Shown piece by piece: positions 58,601-64,000 of a stretch of DNA of 64,000 nt. Source of the stretch: Eledone cirrhosa (taxonomy: Eukaryota); contig OZ024743.1 of assembly GCA_964016885.1 (NCBI GenBank), forward strand, positions 338,396,001 through 338,460,000. Direction: 5' to 3'. The translations under genes were made by a program, and so were the position numbers. Each line of letters opens with the position of its first letter. Position 1 is the first letter of the stretch. The notes under the pieces are model-generated. The model made no database searches, was not told the DNA's origin, and was given only the letters and a program-made list of their open reading frames with translations.

Positions 58601-61600
58601 TCTCTCATTGGTATAGTCACTCACTCCGTCTCTCTCACTCTCAACATCACTCATTAGTATAGTCACTCACTCCGTCTCCCTCACTCTCAACATCTCTCAT
58701 TGGTATAGTCACTCACTCCGTCTCTCTCACTCTCAACATCTCTCATTGGTATAGTCACTCACTCCGTCTCTCTCACTCTCAACATCTCTCATTGGTATAG
58801 TCACTCACTCCGTCTCTCTCACTCTCAACATCTCTCATTGGTATAGTCACTCACTCCGTTTCTCTCACTCTCAACATCTCTCATTGGTATAGTCACTCAC
58901 TCCGTCTCTCTCACTCTCAACATCTCTCATTGGTATAGTCACTCACTCCGTCTCTCTCACTCTCAACATCTCTCATTGGTATAGTCACTCTCAACGTCTC
59001 TCATTGGTATAGTCACACACTCCGTCTCTCTCACTCTCAACATCTCTCATTGGTATAGTCACTCACTCCGTCTCTCTCACTCTCAACATCTCTCATTGGT
59101 ATAGTCACTGACTCAGTCTCTCTCACTCTCAACATCTCTCATTGGTATAGTCACTGACTCAGTCTCTCTCACTCTCAACATCTCTCATTGGTATAGTCAC
59201 TGACTCAGTCTCTCTCACTCTCAACATCTCTCATTGGTATAGTCACTGACTCAGTCTCTCTCACTCTCAACATCTCTCATTGGTATAGTCACTCACTCCG
59301 TCTCTCTCACTCTCAACATGTCTCATTGGTATAGTCACTCACTCCGTCTCTCTCACTCTCAACATCTCTCATTGGTATAGTCACTCACTCAGTCTCTCTC
59401 ACTCTCAACATGTCTCATTGGTATAGTCACTGACTCAGTCTCTCTCACTCTCAAAATCTCTCATTGGTATAGTCACTGACTCAGTCTCTCTCACTCTCAA
59501 CATCTTTCATTGGTATAGTCACTCACTCCGTCTCTCTCACTCTCAACATCTCTCATTGGTATAGTCACTGACTCAGTCTCTCTCACTCTCAACATCTCTC
59601 ATTGGTATAGTCACTCACTCCGTCTCTCTCACTCTCAACATCTCTCATTGGTATAGTCACTCTCAACATCTCTCATTGGTATAGTCACTCACTCCGTCTC
59701 TCTCACTCTCAACATCTCTCATTGGTATAGTCACTCACTCCGTCTCCCTCACTCTCAACATCTCTCATTGGTATAGTCACTCAATCCGTCTCTCTCACTC
59801 TCAACATCTCTCATTGGTATAGTCACTCTGAACATCTCTCATTGGTATAGTCACTCACTCCGTCTCTCTCACTCTCAACATCTCTCATTGGTATAGTCAC
59901 TCTCAGCATCTCTCATTGGTATAGTCACACACTCCGTCACTCTCACTCTCAACATCTCTCATAGGTATAGTCACTCACTCCGTCTCTCTCACTCTCAACA
60001 TCTCTCATTGGTATAGTCACTGACTCAGTCTCTCTCACTCTCAACATCTCTCATTGGTATAGTCACTCACTCCGTCTCTCTCACTCTCAACATCTCTCAT
60101 TGGTATAGTCACTCATTCCGTCTCTCTCACTCTCAACATCTCTCATTGGTATAGTCACTCACTCAGTCTCTCTCACTCTCAACATCTCTCATTGGTATAG
60201 TCACTCACTCCGTCTCTCTCACTCTCAACATCTCTCATTGGTATAGTCACTGACTCAGTCTCTCTCACTCTCAACATCTCTCATTGGTATAGTCACTGAC
60301 TCAGTCTCTCTCACTCTCAACATCTCTCATTGGTATAGTCACTCACTCCGTCTCTCTCACTCTCAACATCTCTCATTGGTATAGTCACTGACTCAGTCTC
60401 TCTCACTCTCAACATCTCTCATTGGTATAGTCACTCTCAACATCTCTCATTGGTATAGTCACTCACTCCGTCTCTCTCACTCTCAACATCTCTCATTGGT
60501 ATAGTCACTCACTCCGTCTCCCTCACTCTCAGCATCTCTCATTGGTATAGTCACTCACTTCGTCTCTCTCACTCTCAACATCACTCATTGGTATAGTCAC
60601 TCACTCCGTCTCCCTCACTCTCAACATCTCTCATTGGTATAGTCACTCACTCCGTCTCTCTCACTCTCAACATCTCTCATTGGTATAGTCACTCACTCCG
60701 TCTCTCTCACTCTCAACATCTCTCATTGGTATAGTCACTCACTCCGTCTCTCTCACTCTCAACATCTCTCATTGGTATAGTCACTCACTCCGTTTCTCTC
60801 ACTCTCAACATCTCTCATTGGTATAGTCACTCACTCCGTCTCTCTCACTCTCAACATCTCTCATTGGTATAGTCACTCACTCCGTCTCTCTCACTCTCAA
60901 CATCTCTCATTGGTATAGTCACTCTCAACGTCTCTCATTGGTATAGTCACACACTCCGTCTCTCTCACTCTCAACATCTCTCATTGGTATAGTCACTCAC
61001 TCCGTCTCTCTCACTCTCAACATCTCTCATTGGTATAGTCACTGACTCAGTCTCTCTCACTCTCAACATCTCTCATTGGTATAGTCACTGACTCAGTCTC
61101 TCTCACTCTCAACATCTCTCATTGGTATAGTCACTGACTCAGTCTCTCTCACTCTCAACATCTCTCATTGGTATAGTCACTGACTCAGTCTCTCTCACTC
61201 TCAACATCTCTCATTGGTATAGTCACTCACTCCGTCTCTCTCACTCTCAACATCTCTTATTGGTATAGTCACTCACTCCGTCTCTCTCACTCTCAACATC
61301 TCTCATTGGTATAGTCACTCACTCAGTCTCTCTCACTCTCAACATGTCTCATTGGTATAGTCACTGACTCAGTCTCTCTCACTCTCAAAATCTCTCATTG
61401 GTATAGTCACTGACTCAGTCTCTCTCACTCTCAACATCTTTCATTGGTATAGTCACTCACTCCGTCTCTCTCACTCTCAACATCTCTCATTGGTATAGTC
61501 ACTGACTCAGTCTCTCTCACTCTCAACATCTCTCATTGGTATAGTCACTCACTCCGTCTCTCTCACTCTCAACATCTCTCATTGGTATAGTCACTCTCAA

Positions 61601-64000
61601 CATCTCTCATTGGTATAGTCACTCACTCCGTCTCTCTCACTCTCAACATCTCTCATTGGTATAGTCACTCACTCCGTCTCCCTCACTCTCAACATCTCTC
61701 ATTGGTATAGTCACTCACTCCGTCTCTCTCACTCTCAACATCTCTCATTGGTATAGTCACTCTGAACATCTCTCATTGGTATAGTCACTCACTCCGTCTC
61801 TCTCACTCTCAACATCTCTCATTGGTATAGTCACTCACTGCGTCTCTCTCACTCTCAACATCTCTCATATGGTATAGTCACTCACTCCGTTTCTATCACT
61901 CTCAACATCTCTTATTGGTATAGTCACTCACTCCGTCTCTCTCACGCTCAACATCTCTCATTGGTATAGTCACTCACTCCGTCTCTCTCACTCTCAACAT
62001 CTCTCATTGGTATAGTCACTCACTCCGTTTCTATCACTCTCAACATCTCTCATTGGTATAGTCACTCACTCCGTCTCTCTCACTCTCAACATCTCTCATT
62101 GGTATAGTCACTCACTCCGTCTCTCTCACTCTCAACATCTCTCATTGGTATAGTCACTCTCAACATCTCTCATTGGTATAGTCACACACTCCGTCTCTCT
62201 CACTCTCAACATCTCTCATAGGTATAGTCACTCACTCCGTCTCTCTCACTCTCAACATCTCTCATTGGTATAGTCACTCACTCCGTCTCTCTCACTCTCA
62301 ACATCTTTCATTGGTATAGTCACTGACTCAGTCTCTCTCACTCTCAACATCTCTCATTGGTATAGTCACTGACTCAGTCTCTCTCACTCTCAACATCTCT
62401 CATTGGTATAGTCACTGACTCAGTCTCTCTCACTCTCAACATCTCTCATTGGTATAGTCACTCACTCCGTCTCTCTCACTCTGAACATCTCTCATTGGTA
62501 TAGTCACTCACTCCGTCTCTCTCACTCTCAACATCTCTCATTGGTATAGTCACTCACTCAGTCTCTCTCACTCTCAACATGTCTCATTGGTATAGTCACT
62601 GACTCAGTCTCTCTCACTCTCAAAATCTCTCATTGGTATAGTCACTGACTCAGTCTCTCTCACTCTCAACATCTCTCATTGGTATAGTCACTCACTCCGT
62701 CTCTCTCACTCTCAACATCTCTCATTGGTATAGTCACTGACTCAGTCTCTCTCACTCTCAACATCTCTCATTGGTATAGTCACTCACTCCGTCTCTCTCA
62801 CTCTCAACATCTCTCATTGGTATAGTCACTCACTCCGTCTCTCTCACTCTCAACATCTCTCATTGGTATAGTCACTCACTCCGTCTCCCTCACTCTCAAC
62901 ATCTCTCATTGGTATAGTCACTCACTCCGTCTCTCTCACTCTCAACATCTCTCATTGGTATAGTCACTCACCCCGTCTGGCTCACTCTCAACATCTCTCA
63001 TTGGTATAGTTACGCACTCCGTCTCTCTCACTCTCAACATCTCTCATTGGTATAGTCACTCACTCCGCCTCTCTCACTCTCAACATCTCTCATTGGTATA
63101 GTCACTCACTCCGTTTCTATCACTCTCAACATCTCTCATTGGTATAGTCACTCACTCCGTCTCTCTCACTCTCAACATCTCTCATTGGTATAGTCACTCA
63201 CTCCGTCTCTCTCACACTCAACATCTCTCATTGGTATAGTCACTCTCAACATCTCTCATTGGTATAGTCACTCACTCCGTCTCTCTCACTCTCAACATCT
63301 CTCATAGGTATAGTCACTCACTCCGTCTCTCTCACTCTCAACATCTCTCATTGGTATAGTCACTCACTCCGTCTCTCTCACTCTCAACATCTCTCATTGG
63401 TATAGTCACTCTCAACATCTCTCATTGGTATAGTCACTCACTCCGTCTCTCTCACTCTCAACATCACTCATTGGTATAGTCACTCACTCCGTCTCCCTCA
63501 CTCTCAACATCTCTCATTGGTATAGTCACTCACTCCGTCTCCCTCACTCTCAACATCTCTCATTGGTATAGTCACTCACTCCGTCTCCCTCACTCTCAAC
63601 ATCTCTCATAGGTAGAGTCACTGACTCCGTCTCTCTCACTCTCAACATCTCTCATTGGTATAGTCACTGACTCAGTCTCCCTCACTCTAAACATCTCTCA
63701 TTGGTATAGTCACTGAACCAGTCTCTCTCACTCTCAACATCTCTCATTGGTATAGTCACTCACTCCGTCTCTCTCACTCTCAACATCTCTCATTGGTATA
63801 GTCACTGACTCAGTCTCTCTCACTCTCAACATGTCTCATTGGTATAGTCACTCACTCCGTCTCTCTCACTCTCAACATCTCTCATTGGTATAGTCACTCT
63901 CAACATCTCTCATTGGTATAGTCACTCACTCCGTCTCTCTCACTCTCAACATCACTCATTGGTATAGTCACTCACTCCGTCTCCCTCACTCTCAACATCT
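55663..64000 (+). repeat. 46-bp tandem satellite (with 28-bp deletion variant), >8.3 kb, continues past the window end
   Basis: Consensus tggtatagtcactcactccgtctctctcactctcaacatctctcat; short unit tggtatagtcactctcaacatctctcat. Confidence 0.98.

Noticed and set aside
55663-64000. CRISPR-like array
   Set aside because: Contiguous tandem monomers with no unique spacers and no cas genes; eukaryotic satellite

Overview
Repeat-saturated, AT-rich animal DNA with no recognisable host gene; the repeat repertoire suggests a cephalopod/octopus genome (inference only). It contains RTE-clade LINEs (one near full-length but frameshifted, with a PHD-type finger after the RT core), a CR1-type LINE, an R4/Dong-like RLE LINE inserted in (TAA)n, decayed Penelope-like elements (PLEs), a Tigger/pogo fragment, Tigger-like and piggyBac-like MITEs, two tRNA-derived SINE families, very long (TA)n and (AAC/ACC)n tracts, a 200-N gap and an 8.3-kb 46-bp satellite with a 1934-bp higher-order period. 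The most interesting signal is non-coding: about ten type I hammerhead ribozyme motifs read by eye on both strands. They include a head-to-tail ~0.5-kb tandem repeat with one hammerhead per unit (retrozyme-like), a U3-A8 core-variant hammerhead with an extended stem I, and several small fold-back elements in (TA)n whose inverted arm starts at hammerhead stem II/GAAA. Structures were paired manually; no folding program or database search was run.
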